DNA of 63,456 nt, filler included, from Chiloscyllium plagiosum (GCF_004010195.1; 4 parts of one record of this genome joined end to end with filler, not necessarily neighbours in it); one strand, 5' to 3'; shown: positions 50,950 to 63,456, counted from the whole stretch's first letter. Program-made: numbers and translations. Notes: generated by a model not told the origin, from the sequence alone.

Positions 50950-51430
50950 TCTGCAAAGGTTGTAAATTCAAAATCTTAATTCAATATCAACCTGTTCACA
51001 TGGGGACAAGCCACTCAGCTGTTCCATGACGGGAAGGTATTCACTCGGGGATCAATCCTAATGGCACCCAAACAACTTCAACAAAGGGAGAGAAGATTTG
51101 TCTTCTCTGTTTGGTAAGCGATTATCTTCACAACACCGCCTAATGTCATCCAATCGACATGAAACTGGAGAGACACCATTCGTCTGTTCTGTGCATGAGA
51201 AGGAATTTATTAAATCAGCAAAGGTTCAAATAAACATGAATGGGCACACTGTAGAGATGCCTGCACTGAGTGTGGAAAGAGATTCACCTGGTCATCTCTA
51301 TTCAGTGAGCACGAGTATATTCACACCAGCGAGAAATATTTACTTGCTCCTTGCCTGGGAAGTGATTAATTCGGGTCTCCAATCTCAGCAGATATGGAGT
51401 TGTTCCCACAAATGAGAGAAAACTTTAATG
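50950..51430 (+). pseudogene. Decayed C2H2 zinc-finger array
   Basis: HETGETPFVCSV..KEF and CTECGKRFTWSSLFSEHEYIHTSEK, with frameshifts and lost Cys/His residues. Confidence 0.8.
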
Positions 51431-51492
51431 TTCTGACTTTGAAAATATCTTAAGGAGTAGCAATGATGTGACGGAACATCCGAAAACACATG

Positions 51493-51804
51493 AGAATCCC
51501 TACAGTGCAGCAACAGGCCCTTCGACCCAACAAGTCCACACATACCCTCCAAAAAACACTCAAATCCATTACCCTCCCTTATATTTACCCCAACTATTAA
51601 CCTACGGTATTGGTAATAGATCATTGCCAACTTACCTAACCGGCGCACCATTTTGTCTTGTGGGATGAAATTTGAGGACTTGGAGGAAACTCACGCAGAC
51701 ACGTGAAGAACGTGCAAACGCCACACACACAGGCCTCCGAGGCTGGAATCGAAGCCAGCCCCTCATGCTCTGAGGCAGCAGTGCTAAACACTGAGCCACC
51801 GTGC
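51493..51804 (-). mobile_element. HE1-type V-SINE (further decayed copies at ~57245-57505 and ~62200-62525; tail piece 55435-55527)
   Basis: Head GCACGGTGGCTCAGTGTTTAGCACTGCTGCCTCA and V-domain on the minus strand. Confidence 0.9.
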
Positions 51805-51889
51805 GTGGAGAGGCAGTTAATTTGCACTGTGGGTTGCAAGGGATTCAATTACTCATTCGCACGTGTGACAGCCCAGTCAGGTGGAATCT

Positions 51890-52085
51890 GTTTCGCTCAG
51901 TTGGCTGCTTTGTTGGCTTATAAAGCAGTGTGATGCTCGCAGCGTGGTTCGAATTCCTATCAATGGTTTGAGGTTAATTTAAAAGTTGTCCTTTTCGAAA
52001 TTTTCTCAGACCTGGTTCAATCACCACCAGCCCCTTCTTTCTCAAATGAAGGCAGTACCCTCTACGGTCTGGAAAGACGGTAATA
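51890..52085 (+). mobile_element. Other tRNA-headed SINE, decayed
   Basis: A-box-like GCTCAGTTGG and B-box-like GGTTCGAATTCC without a cloverleaf. Confidence 0.5.
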
Positions 52086-52519
52086 GTGCAAACAATCCAG
52101 TGAGGTCGCATGTGAATGCGATATGGAGTTATTGCATCGAGAATTGAACTGTGTTCATTCTGTCAGCCGGGGTTTACTTCATTGGATGTGTTTAATCTCT
52201 TCAATTGATCTGGTGTTTAATTGTTCAGTATTCAATCACATCAAATTCAAAGATTCTTTTCCCCGGATTTCTGGACAATTAGAGGAGACTGGTAGATATC
52301 CATTGACTGCCCTGTTCTTGATCCTCTTCTTCATTGTTAGGTGTGGATTTGAACTAAAAAATATTTCGATGCATTCGACATTTCTGAATGCTCTTCACAT
52401 CGAAATGAAGACCTCGTGAAGTGTGTTCACTTATATCAGAGAAACAACAATCCTACTGTGAGAGCATAAGATTGTGTTCTTATCAGCGTAAACATGTTTA
52501 TGGGACCTCAATTACTGGA

Positions 52520-53053
52520 AACTTATAAAGCATTTCCCACACTACGTCATTAAAACAAATATTGTCACAGTGAACCCGTTGGTGTATCAGGAGGATGGAT
52601 GGCTTAAGTGCATCCTTTCCCCAATTCAGAACATATGAATGGCATCTCGCCAATATGAATTCACTCGTCTTTCAGTAAGTTTGAGAAACGTCAGAGCAGG
52701 TGAATGGTCTCTTTCTAGTTGAACTCTCTTGTATTTCAGCAGATTTCCGGAATCAATTAATTACTTCAAATCGCAGCGGACGAATGGTCTCATACGAATG
52801 GTATGAACTCGCTGGTGTGTCAGCAGACTGAATGACTGACTGAATGCTTTCCCATTCTTAGAACAGGCGAACGGCCTCTGTCCACTGGGTTCGCAGATGT
52901 AAAGTGAGATCAAGTGACGGCCTGAACACACTCTCTCTGTGAGAACACTTGAATGGTTTCTCATCAACGTGAACACATTGATGGTACAGCTGTTCGTGAG
53001 AATGTTTGAAGCCTTTTCCATACCCTGGACAATTAAATGGTTTCTTCTCCGTG
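52520..53053 (-). pseudogene. Decayed C2H2 zinc-finger array running into a gap
   Basis: [30 protein letters not shown] and [26 protein letters not shown] in different frames. Confidence 0.88.
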
Positions 53054-54199
53054 NNNNNNNNNNNNNNNNNNNNNNNNNNNNNNNNNNNNNNNNNNNNNNN
53101 NNNNNNNNNNNNNNNNNNNNNNNNNNNNNNNNNNNNNNNNNNNNNNNNNNNNNNNNNNNNNNNNNNNNNNNNNNNNNNNNNNNNNNNNNNNNNNNNNNNN
53201 NNNNNNNNNNNNNNNNNNNNNNNNNNNNNNNNNNNNNNNNNNNNNNNNNNNNNNNNNNNNNNNNNNNNNNNNNNNNNNNNNNNNNNNNNNNNNNNNNNNN
53301 NNNNNNNNNNNNNNNNNNNNNNNNNNNNNNNNNNNNNNNNNNNNNNNNNNNNNNNNNNNNNNNNNNNNNNNNNNNNNNNNNNNNNNNNNNNNNNNNNNNN
53401 NNNNNNNNNNNNNNNNNNNNNNNNNNNNNNNNNNNNNNNNNNNNNNNNNNNNNNNNNNNNNNNNNNNNNNNNNNNAGATGGAAGTAGTTGTGAGTTTGTA
53501 ATGTACTGTTTAAGGACCCTTGGTGAATATCTGCAGTGCATCTTATGGATCGTGCAGACTGCATGTCTGAGTGTTTGGTTGTGGTGGGAATGGATGTTGG
53601 TCGATGTTTTATTAGTTGTGTGTTGCTGTTCAATTCAGCTGCTCTGTTCTGGACGGTGTTGAGCTTTTCAGTATTGTTGCAACTGCACTAAGGAATCCTT
53701 AAGAAGGTTGTGATTTAAATGTCTCTTGCAACTCAGATGCAGACTAATCTGCTGTGCTTCTCCTGTGCATTGTTTCTTTATCACTGCAATCATCCAGGCG
53801 AACAGGAACTATCCCATCATGTCTCATTCTGTAAAGGAGTAAACAGTTGGTCGGGAAAGAACAAAAGAAAGAGAAGAACATTTGGTCAATGAGGTGAATA
53901 ACGTTCTCGCTCGGAGAGTGAACAGCTGTTAGTGGAGACTGCCGGTGACAAATCATAGATGGCGTGTCGTCGCAGGCTATGTGTCAGACAGGCTGTCAGG
54001 AGTCACGAAAATCTCTGACTATGACCTGCTCTTGTGGCTACAATGCTTTTGGCTGCTAAAGTTAGCTTCTCAAAGACATTGTGACTTTCACTGAACCAAA
54101 GAAGGACGTTGGACCCACCTTTCAAATGTCCATCATGAAGCAACGTTCCATTCTCATCCCATGTTTTTCAGAACATAGTCTGGAACCTTCAGCGCTATG

Positions 54200-54390
54200 G
54201 TACTCCTAGTCATCAACGAAATATTTTCCTAATTCCACCACCTCCAGCGAAATACTATTACCAAACATATATTCCCCTCCCCGCCCTTGTCCACCTTCCC
54301 CAGGAACCATTCCCTCCGCGGGACCGTGGTGCACTGTGCCTTCACTCTCAACATCTTCCCATGGAGGTTTCCCTAAAACGGCGGAATATT
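54200..54390 (+). mobile_element. Penelope-like element internal fragment
   Basis: FHHLQRNTITKHIFPSPPLSTFPRNHSLRGTVV parallels FCHLQTDPTTKDMFPFAPLPAFWKDHSLRDSLV in the 25898-27089 element. Confidence 0.7.
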
Positions 54391-54399
54391 TGACACATA

Positions 54400-56425
54400 C
54401 ATCCATAGAACATGAGAACGAGGAGCAAGACTATGCCATACGGGGCTTAGAGACAGCTTCGCCATTCAATAAGATCATGCCTGATCTTTCCATGGATATG
54501 CATCCACTTTACCAACCTCTGAAGGTAATCATTACTTCCTTTATTGTTCAAACAAAAATCAGTTCTCGCTTAAAAAAAACATTTACTGATGTATCATCAA
54601 CTACTTCGTTGGACAAGCAGTTCCATAGAGTACTGCTCTGGTTGAAGGAATTCCTTCTCAATTCAGTCCTCACTCGGGTCGTCCTAATCTTGAGGCTGTG
54701 CCCTCTTGTCCTAGTTTCATCCGCCAATGGAAGTATGCTCTCTACTTATATCTCACACATGCTCTTCATAATTTTATATGTTCCCATAAGATCCGGCCTC
54801 ATTCTTCTGAATTTTCGATACAATCCTATTCCACATAGTCTCTTGTCATCAGCGAACACCTTCAAATCCGGACTTGCATCCCCAGAATATTGCCCATTAA
54901 CCCAATATTTCAATGTTCCTCTGCAAATTTTCACTGTCCTTCGCACACTTTGCTCAGCTACTCACCTTTGTGTCAACCGCCGACCTTGACACGATGCGCA
55001 AGGCTCCAAAATCCAAATCATCCATATAAGTTGTAAGTAATTGCGGTCCCAGTACCAATCCCTGAGGCACACAGTTGACGGTCAATCGAATAGCACTGAT
55101 TCATCTCCGCTCTGCGCTTCCTGTTGGACAAATAATCCTGAATCCATGCTCATACTTTACCCTTAACAGCATGCATCCGTTTGCTGTCAGCCCTTGAACG
55201 GCACCCTGTCGAGGGCATTTTGAAAATCTAGGTACACCAATTCACTGAGTCCCGTTATACACCATGCTCATAATGCCATCATAGAACTCGAAAAGATTTT
55301 TCAGGCGTAACATGCCCTTCATTAACCCATGCTGAGTCTGTCAAATTTATGTCGAGATGCCCTGCTATTTCTTCCTCGATATTAGACTCAAGAAATTTCT
55401 GCACTACAGAGGATAAACAAAGATCTATAATGTTGGGGAATGGGTCTGGGTGGGTTGCGCTTCTGCGGTCGGTGTGGACTTGTTGGGCCGAAGGGCCTGT
55501 TTCGACACTGTAAGTAATCTGATCTAATTCCTCATATTCTGTCTGCCTCCCTTTTTAAACAGTGATGTCATATTTGTGTTTTTCAATCAGCTGGGACTGC
55601 CCCAGAGACCAACGTATTTTGGAAAAATACCATCAGCAAACTTCTTTTTAACACACCATCGTGTTTAACACCCTGCGATGTTAATTAGCTCCAACGATCC
55701 AACACTAGCTCTTTTGTTATAATGACTGTTCCCAACAGTCGTCACCAACCGTCATCACATTGTCAATTACTGGCATGCTATTAATATCCTCCACTGTGAA
55801 GACCAACGCAAATGCCTGTTCAATGTCACGGCTATTTCCGCATATCCCATAAGTAAATGCCCCTTCTTGTCCACGAAAGTGTCAACGTTTACTTTTGCCA
55901 CTCTTTTTCATTTTATATTTTAATAGAAACTTCTGCTATCGATTTTTATATTCTGTGCTAATTTTAATGCCATGCTTTTCTCACATTTTCTCTGCATTAA
56001 ATTCCATTTGCCAACTCTCAGCCCAGCTCTGCAGCATAACTGTGTCCCTATGTTACCTACAATATCTTTCAGCATTATGCACAACTGTACCGAACTTAGT
56101 GCCGCCCGCAAATTTACTAATCCATCCTTCGACGCCCCCATCCAGGTCGTGGAGAAAAAAGGACAAAAAGCTGTGAACCCAAAACAGATCGTTGCAGTAC
56201 ACCAAAAGCAGCTGAATTCCAGGATGACCTTTTCCCATCAAATAACACCCTCTGTCTTCTTTCAGCTGGATAATTTCTGGTCCAAAGCACGAAATCCTCC
56301 TCAAGCCCATACCTCAGTATTTTATGCAGTCATCTACCATGGCGAAATTTATCAAACGGCTAATTGAAATCCAAACGTGCATGACATGAACGGCATTATC
56401 CTCATCGATCTGTTTAGTCACCTGG
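54400..56425 (-). mobile_element. Composite of decayed CR1 LINE fragments
   Basis: RRMRPDLMGTYKIM and DLDGGVEGWISKFAGGTK; CR1 tail CATAGAACAT near 54405. Confidence 0.85.
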
Positions 56426-56429
56426 CGAG

Positions 56430-56853
56430 TTTTAACAAGATTTGTAGCTCAGGTTTAGCTTCCACATGAAGATTTGCTCGCTGAGCTGGAAGGCTCACTT
56501 CCATACATTTCTTTACCCTCCTGGGTAACATCTTCAGTGGGCCTTCGGGCGACGTACTGTTCAGGATTTATGCTTTCTATTAACATGTTTGGGGTTCTTT
56601 GGGTTGGTCATGTAATTTCCTGTAGTGATATCATTTCCTGTTCTTTTTCTCAGGGGGTTGTAGATGGGGTCCACCTCGATGTGCTTTTTGATAGATTTCC
56701 GTTTGGAATGCTATGCTTCTCGGAATTCCTGTGTCTGTCTCTGTTTCACATGTGCCCGGATGGATGTGTTGTCCAAGTCAAAGTGGTGCCTTTCCTTATC
56801 TGTATGTAAGGATACCAGTGAGAGAGGGTCACGTCGTTTTGTGGCTAGTTGAT
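56430..56853 (-). mobile_element. Second-type Penelope-like element (Poseidon-like) 3' end with decayed hammerhead
   Basis: Minus strand QLATKRRDPLSLVSLHTDKERHHFDLDNTSI...EFREA*HS...IKKHIEVDPIY. CTGAAGA-T-GTTACC..GGTAAA-GAAA at about 56504-56537. Confidence 0.8.
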
Positions 56854-57599
56854 NNNNNNNNNNNNNNNNNNNNNNNNNNNNNNNNNNNNNNNNNNNNTTA
56901 ATTAATTAANNNNNNNNNNNNNNNNNNNNNNNNNNNNNNNNNNNNNNNNNNNNTTTGCTTGCATCAGCTCAGAATCAGTTTCTTCCACACAGTCAAGATT
57001 TCAACCTGGAGAAGGTGGTGTTGGGGTGATATTTTGAACTGGTTGTCCTTGGGGGCTGGGACACGGAAAAGCTGATGTTTAAGTTAGACGAATAAAACCT
57101 GGAATGCAAGCCTGACCTCAGAAACAGAGATAATAACTTTAATTTCCTACAATCCCATTAATTCATGTCCCTTATGCAGAATCTTCCCCATTCGTGCCTA
57201 CGAGAGACTCCAGGGCCAGAAAAACATGAGCTGACCCTTAATTCAAGAATCCCCATCGTTTGGAGAAGCAGGGTAGTCGGCCCTTCCAGTCCATACGATC
57301 CATCCGAAGCGCATCCCACCAGACCCCACGGTATTCCCTATCCCATAAACCTGCATTTCCCATTGTTGATCCCTGTAACTGGCACATCTTTGGTCAGTGG
57401 GAGAAATAAAAACGCAAACAAACAGAGAATGTGCAGACTACCCATTCTGTGCAGACAGAGACCCGAGGCTGGGATCGCACCCGGGTGTGTGCCGTAGCCA
57501 GGCAGCAACGAACAAGGGGCGAAGAATAAATGTTGTACTGACCAGTGATACTCATGGGGTGATATTTTGAACTGGTTGTCCTTGGGGAAGAATGAAAAC

Positions 57600-57890
57600 A
57601 CATTAACAATATGGAAAACAGGACTTGTATATGTGTGGACACAATTTGAAAGGATCGTTCACCCTGGGTGGAAAAAAGGACGCCGATACCACAGAGAAAG
57701 CAGGGCAATGTAGGAACTGCTGGAAGAGATTCAATTAACCATAGAAATGGAAACTCATTTAATCAGTAACACTGGGTACAAGCTGTTCACCAGTCCCGTG
57801 TGTGGGAAGGGGTCACTGAGCAAAACAACCTCCGAGACTCCGGCAGGATTACATATCCCATCAAGTGTTCAGTTATGCTGTCAATGCTGC
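57600..57890 (+). pseudogene. Decayed C2H2 zinc-finger fragment
   Basis: TTEKAGQCRNCWKRFN*P / METHLISNTGYKLFTSPVCGKG. Confidence 0.7.
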
Positions 57891-57924
57891 TGTTCATCCC
57901 AACCAGCTATTTACTCCATAGCGT

Positions 57925-59335
57925 CAATCGTAGAGTCATACAGCATGAAATCAGCCCCCTCAGTCCAACCAATCCATGATGAACATACTGCCAAAGTAAT
58001 CTACTCCCATCTGCCTCCTGATGTACCCGCTGAATGGTTATAATGCCGTTGTAGTTTTACTTCTGTGTTGTCGATCCAAAAACCCAAATAATATTTTGGG
58101 GAGAGAGGGTACAGGTCCTGGCATGACAGATAGTGGAGTTTGAATTCAATGAGCACCTGGAATTGAAGAGTCTCGTGATGACCTGAATCAGTTGTGTGGA
58201 AACTCTCATCTGATTCACTCATGCCAGTCCGGGAAGCAAACTGTCATATTCCTCTGCTCTGTCCCACAGGAGACTCCAGATGGATAATATTGTGGTTGAC
58301 TCTTAACTGTCCTCTGGGAAATAACTGATGTACTAGGCATGAATAAATTTATTTTAACAATCCCACTTTCCCATTCATGTTTGGATCGAATTGTTCTTTA
58401 AATGTTGCAAATGTACCCCCATCCATCTCTTCCTCAGCAAGTTAATTGCACACGTAAAACACATTCTCTAAACAAAAAGCCTCACGTGTCTTTTTTTATT
58501 AACTCTCTCTCTCTTCATCTTAAACATATTCCATCTCGTCTTAAAATCCCCCTCCTGGGAAAAGCCAGCTATCGTTAACTCTAACTTGCCTCTCAAGTCA
58601 TAAAGTTTTGTCAGGTCGCCGCTCAATCCCCTAACCTCGAGTGAAACCAGTCTCAACTAGGAAAAAGTGAGAACTGTAGATGAGGGATCAGAGTCGATCG
58701 TGTTGTGCTGGGAAAGCACAGCAGGTCAGGCAGCATCTGAGGAGCAGGAGAATCGACGTTTCAGGGAAGAGCCTGATGAACGACACTTGCGCGAAAAAAT
58801 GATTCCCCTGCTCCTCGCATACCGCCTTACCTGTTGTGGTTTTCCAGCACCCCGATCGGGAATCTGAAAATAGTCTCAGCCTGTAGAGCCTTTCATTATA
58901 ACTCAAACCTTCCATACACGGCAACATGCGTGTATACCTTTTCTGAACCTGCTCCAGCTGAATGATATCATTCCTACAACTGGGCTAATAGAACTGGACA
59001 TAATATTCCAGAAGAGGCCTCATCATAACGTCCCGACTACTATACACAAAGGACTGAGCAATGAAGGGAAGTATGTTAAATACCTTTGACCACTTTGTCT
59101 GTAGGTGATGCAAACTACAAAGAATTATATACCTGCATCCCTAGCTTCCGTGTTCTCCAACACCACGCAAAGCCCTACGCTTTTTGTTGTACCAAAATGC
59201 AATACCTTCCATTTATCCAGATTGAACTCCATGTTACATTTTTCAGTCCAACGACTCATTGGATTAATATCCTTTTGAAACTTAGATAATCTTCCTCACT
59301 GTCTACAATTCTGATATCGCCTGCAAACCTACGCA
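57925..59335 (-). mobile_element. CR1 LINE 3' portion carrying nested SINE and PLE mini-element
   Basis: MLPCMEGLSYNERLYRLRLFS resumes as SLEVRGLSGDLTKLY across the 58660-58864 insert. Confidence 0.85.
58660..58864. mobile_element. Older palindromic PLE-derived mini-element
   Basis: Inverted pLTR arms, CTGATGA at 58773-58779, and a degenerate TSD at 58642-58657 / 58865-58880 (13 of 16 match). Confidence 0.78.
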
Positions 59336-60190
59336 GCATGTCTGCTGTGTGTTCCACTCTTTTCTCATATAGATCAATGATTCATATTTACTTGTAATGG
59401 CCGTGATTTAGCAGTGTGTAGATCATACAACAGTTAGTCATGTAATTAACCATGAGGAAGAAAGCCGCAGACTGCAGGGAGAGATTAAACAATTGGAAGT
59501 AAAAATGGTGAAAACAATTCATTCCAGGGAAGTGGGTGATAGTGAAGCAAAATCAAACTTCAAACCAGCCGCCCTCACTCCAGTTGACGCACTCAGTTGT
59601 CTCAGCAAGATGCACTGTAGACCGCTGTCATTATAAACGGGAACAAATTTCCCTTCTGCCCCGCCTTTGACCAGGAGCACTCGCAACCACGGAACTGCTT
59701 ACGCCTCTAAACCGTCATAGAAAAACCGTGCATTCTCCGGTTGTGTCACTGGAGCCATCGAGTATCTCTGCAACCTCATTCCCATCCCGATTTCCAGTTG
59801 GATCTTTGTGACTGCGCCAGTCAATTCCTCTGATTCTGGGGCTGGGAACTGGGACTCTGTGGCAGCAGTGGTTACTGCTTTGTGGGGGAAAACTGGTGAA
59901 GTAGCCGATGTTAAACTGCATTGCTATTGGAACATACATTTCAACAAAACCTGCACTGTCCCCTGAGTCTTTGATGTTTTGGAGAAATCTATTTATCGCA
60001 GCCTTCAGCATATTAATGATGGAATCACCCCAGCCTCTGCGGGCACCGATGTTAAATGGTCAGCCCATTCTGAATTCCCACATATCTGTCACTGTTCGCC
60101 AAGCACTGACATTGTGTGTTCGGTACTCTGACTAACATTGTCTATGTTACTGTACTTATAGCGGGTTGTTAGCGTGCTGCTATATGGGAT

Positions 60191-60262
60191 GCCGCGATCG
60201 TATAGTGGTTAGTACTCTGCGATGTGGCCGCAGAAACCTCGGTTCGAATCCGAGTCACGGCA
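60191..60262 (+). tRNA. tRNA-His(GTG), near-intact
   Basis: 72 nt with three differences from the vertebrate consensus as recalled (C5:A68 mismatch, anticodon-loop T to A, variable-loop C to A). A and B boxes are intact; T5 terminator at 60285-60289. Confidence 0.95.
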
Positions 60263-60889
60263 GGAGTTTCTCTGTTCGCCCCAGTTTTTGTGAAGCATAC
60301 AAAGGTATAAGTTGTTTTAACATGGTAATTTTGTTCAAGGCAATGATCTTTTTCCTTCAAATTCTGCTCGCTCATAACTCGGTGTTTCATATGTCAGCAT
60401 TCAAATCCACCCGTTCTCAGAGATTTCTCCCCTCCTACGATCATTAACCCGACTTTCCGTCCAACACCACCATTTCATTAATTTGGGGATGCCAGTGTTG
60501 GACTATGGTGCACAAAGTTAATAATCACACAACTCCAGGTTATAGTCTTGCATGTTTAATTGAAGCACTAGCTTTCGGAGCGCTGCTCTTTTGTGGAGTC
60601 ATTTCCTATTTCATTAAGGCACTGCAGAATCAAACACTGACTCTCACATTGATACCGTTCAGTCTGTGCTGCTGTGGTCACTGTTGCTGGATGAACGTAC
60701 ACCAACCCCACGATCGGGACCTGCAGAGCAGTTGATCCATTTGGTTACCGCTGTTGTGAGATCAATACTCATGTAGCAATTTTTACTGAGACGGACAAGA
60801 GATTATTGGAGGGTGAAGCTCAGGAAAATGACACAGGACAGTATCGGGGAAAAGCAACTCCATTGGAAAAGATCAGTTTGATCGGTTTT

Positions 60890-61232
60890 CTGCAATGGCC
60901 AAGCGCTCTTACCACTGGAATGTTAATTCAGACCCCAGGGACTCGGGTTTGACTCCGAACATGCTAGGTGGTAGAATTGTGATTCAGTAAATATCTGGAA
61001 TTACGAATCTAATAAATCACCTTAAATCCATGGTCAATTGTTGAAAAAAAATAAAACCATCAGTTTCACTGACGTCCTTTAAAGAAGGAAACTGCCATTC
61101 TTATCTGGTCGGGCCTCCATATGACTCCAGACTCACTGCAATATAGTTGAGACTCAGTACCCGCTGTGTACTTAGAGATAGCAAAATATGCTGCAGAGCC
61201 AGCGATGCCCGCATACAGTAACAGAATAAAAT
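60890..61232 (+). mobile_element. tRNA-headed SINE of a second family (second copy ~58035-58350); family name uncertain, possibly SacSINE1-like
   Basis: The two copies share CTGGAATT, CATC..TTCACT, GACTCCAGA and GTTGA..CTC blocks and an AATAAA-type end; B-box-like GGGTTTGACTCC. Confidence 0.65.
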
Positions 61233-61254
61233 AAGTTTATTTGACTCTATCTCG

Positions 61255-61730
61255 AGTACTGTGTGCAGTTCTACAATTCACATTATAGCATGGATGTGAT
61301 CGCACTGGGAACAGTGCAGGAGAGATTCACTGGGGTATTGTTTGGCTGAAGAGTTTCATTTATGAGGACAGACTGGGGTTGTTTGTCACCGAGCAGCGGA
61401 GATTGGGAAGACATGACTGAGATGTACAAAACAATCAGGGATACGGATCGGATAGATTGAAAGAAGGGTTTCCTGTTGATGGAGGGATCGAATATCGGGC
61501 CAAGAGATGTCGGGAAAAGGCAGAAAGGTTTGAGTCGGTGTGCTCAAAGCGTCAGAGAGGCGGAAACCCTTTACACCTGAAAAGAAAATTCAGATGAATC
61601 TTTGTGGTGCCAAGACATATAAGGCTATGGGCTGAATGATGGAAAACTTGATTCAGGTCGTTAAGCAGTTTGGTTGGACAAGTGCGGCCACAACAGGCTG
61701 AAGGGCCTCCTTCGACGTTGTTGTCCTCCA
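61255..61730 (+). mobile_element. Decayed CR1 LINE 3' fragment
   Basis: GAGTACTGTGTGCAGTTCT...GTGCAGGAGAGATTCAC...GGCTGAAGGGCCT tail. Confidence 0.75.
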
Positions 61731-63456
61731 CAATACCGTGGTCAGTGTCCCCGCCTGTCACAGGGCTCAATTCTCTGCTGGGGAATCGGAAAGGTTTTAA
61801 ACCTGTCGCTCTGTTACCCAGTGAAGGTTATTAATGCCTGGCCTTCCATTCTCGATGGATATGTCACAGGAAGGACACTGCTATCTGAATCAGCTGGGGA
61901 AGGACTGCAGCTCCTGGAGCGAGAGTGTCAGTGAAAGTGCAAACATGTAACTTCTGCAAACTGCACATTGAATCTGTGTTGGAATGAAAATCATTTTTTC
62001 GATTTGTTCCTGACTAAAATGTTTGCCTAAAGCAGGAACCTGAGGAAGAAAACAGGGTAAACCCATTCAGACCTGAGTGCAGAAACGTTTCCTGCAGCAC
62101 GAATTCAGGTTGATGGGCGCAGCTTGCTTTCACTAGGCTGAGTTACCAGTGTATAAAGCTATTAAACATGATGCAGATGGTGCTCACTGTTATGATATAA
62201 TTGCTGAGTGGCTCGCATTGATTTTAGATCTGCAGTTGAGGTGGATTGACCATGTTAAATTGCCCTGTCATGTCCAGGGATTGAAATCACTAAGTTTAGT
62301 GAATTAGCCATGGGTAATGCGGGGATAAGGTCAGCAGTCACACGATGCAATGTTTTACTCCAGTAGGTTTTATTTGACATCACAAGCCAGAGGGCTGTTC
62401 TTTCTTCAGGTGAAATATCTGGGAGAGAGTAGGGGGCTAGGCCTGGTTGTGATGGTCTTCAGAGTGACCCTATAGACTCGATTGGATGAATTGTACTTTC
62501 TGCATTGTAGGGTACCTGTGATTCTATCAGAGAGGACAGTGCCAGCGTTTACTGGGATGCTAAGACATTAGAGACGATGCTGACGGCGTTTAGTGGGGAT
62601 GGGATTTTATTTATTTGTGTGTTGGAAAATTTGGAACTGAACCAAGGAAAACCGAATGGAAGTTCTCCAGAGTATACGAGGTTTGGAGGGAGGAAATAGG
62701 TGGTAAATTCACTCTTTCAAGTTACTAAATTTCTGAACGTCAGGTATTCAAAACCATTGATGTACGACAAAGAAATGATGGGAGCAGAATTTCTGTCGCT
62801 CGGAGAATCCGTTTCCAAAATATTTGGGAAGGCACATTTAGAGACACACAAGCAGTGAGTTTCACCAGGAGAGAGAGACAGCCTGTGGTTGGGTGAAAGT
62901 GATAAAGTGGGGTGTGGGGGATGGAAGGTGCGAGGAAACAGTGTCTAATTTGGATGAATTGAAATGTAAAGAAATATCAGAAACGTATGCAGCCGAATAA
63001 GAGTCAGCAAAAATTTCAGAGTTTTGAAAGATTTGCATTAATATTCCACATTAAACATTATAAATGGAACTGAGCAGATTTTATAGATTGTCAAGGAAAG
63101 ATATTCCATAATGAATAGGAAGTGACACGTCGCTTGGAAATCGATTTTCTGCTTTAATTTCATGCCTGAAAGATGGGAGGACAATCGCCATGATGTTGGG
63201 TTCATTAGATACCCACTGAAATCTGCCAAAGTAACTGAGACTCAAAACTGGCTTTTTCTTTGTAGTTAAACTTTCAGTTTTTCTCATCAGTATTTTCTTT
63301 AAGCCGAAATAAATTCGGATCAAAATTGAATACAATATTAAACATTCCAATGATATAAATCCAATTCACTTCCGATCATTGCAATGAGCAGAGTGAAGTT
63401 ACAGCAAAATTAATAAAATGAAGCGAACAAAACTGCATTTCCGGGAACTTTACCCA

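Noticed and set aside
24186..53662. Long ORFs (200-345 aa) in the ORF track
   Set aside because: They consist almost entirely of X residues from N gaps.

Overview
This is non-genic, repeat-dense vertebrate DNA with no intact protein-coding gene. HE1-type V-SINEs and HER1/CR1 LINEs point to an elasmobranch (shark) genome, which is an inference. Three 100-bp artificial spacers (44 N + TTAATTAATTAA + 44 N) split the window into four assembly blocks, and there are several ordinary N gaps. Contents: (1) a decaying Pol III tRNA cluster with near-intact His-GTG, two paralogous Gly-TCC-derived genes, and Ser-AGA, Ser-TGA and Glu pseudogenes; (2) degenerate C2H2 zinc-finger arrays; (3) two distinct gamma/epsilon-like endogenous retrovirus gag-pro remnants, one with a tRNA-His PBS and present twice; (4) a Ty3/Gypsy pol fragment; (5) many CR1, L2-like and Rex1/Babar LINE pieces; (6) Penelope-like elements (PLEs) of two types carrying minimal hammerhead-ribozyme cores. 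The region is built from segmental duplications: a ~7 kb pair (16521-23938 / 37073-43688), a ~1.3 kb ERV pair and an older direct pair. The most interesting signals are short, TSD-flanked, palindromic PLE-derived mini-elements with a hammerhead core on each strand, a polyA/TSD retro-insertion whose empty site is visible in the paralogous copy, and an unexplained strand-specific RNA hairpin. All family names come from motif recognition by eye; no database search was run, and boundaries of old repeats are approximate.
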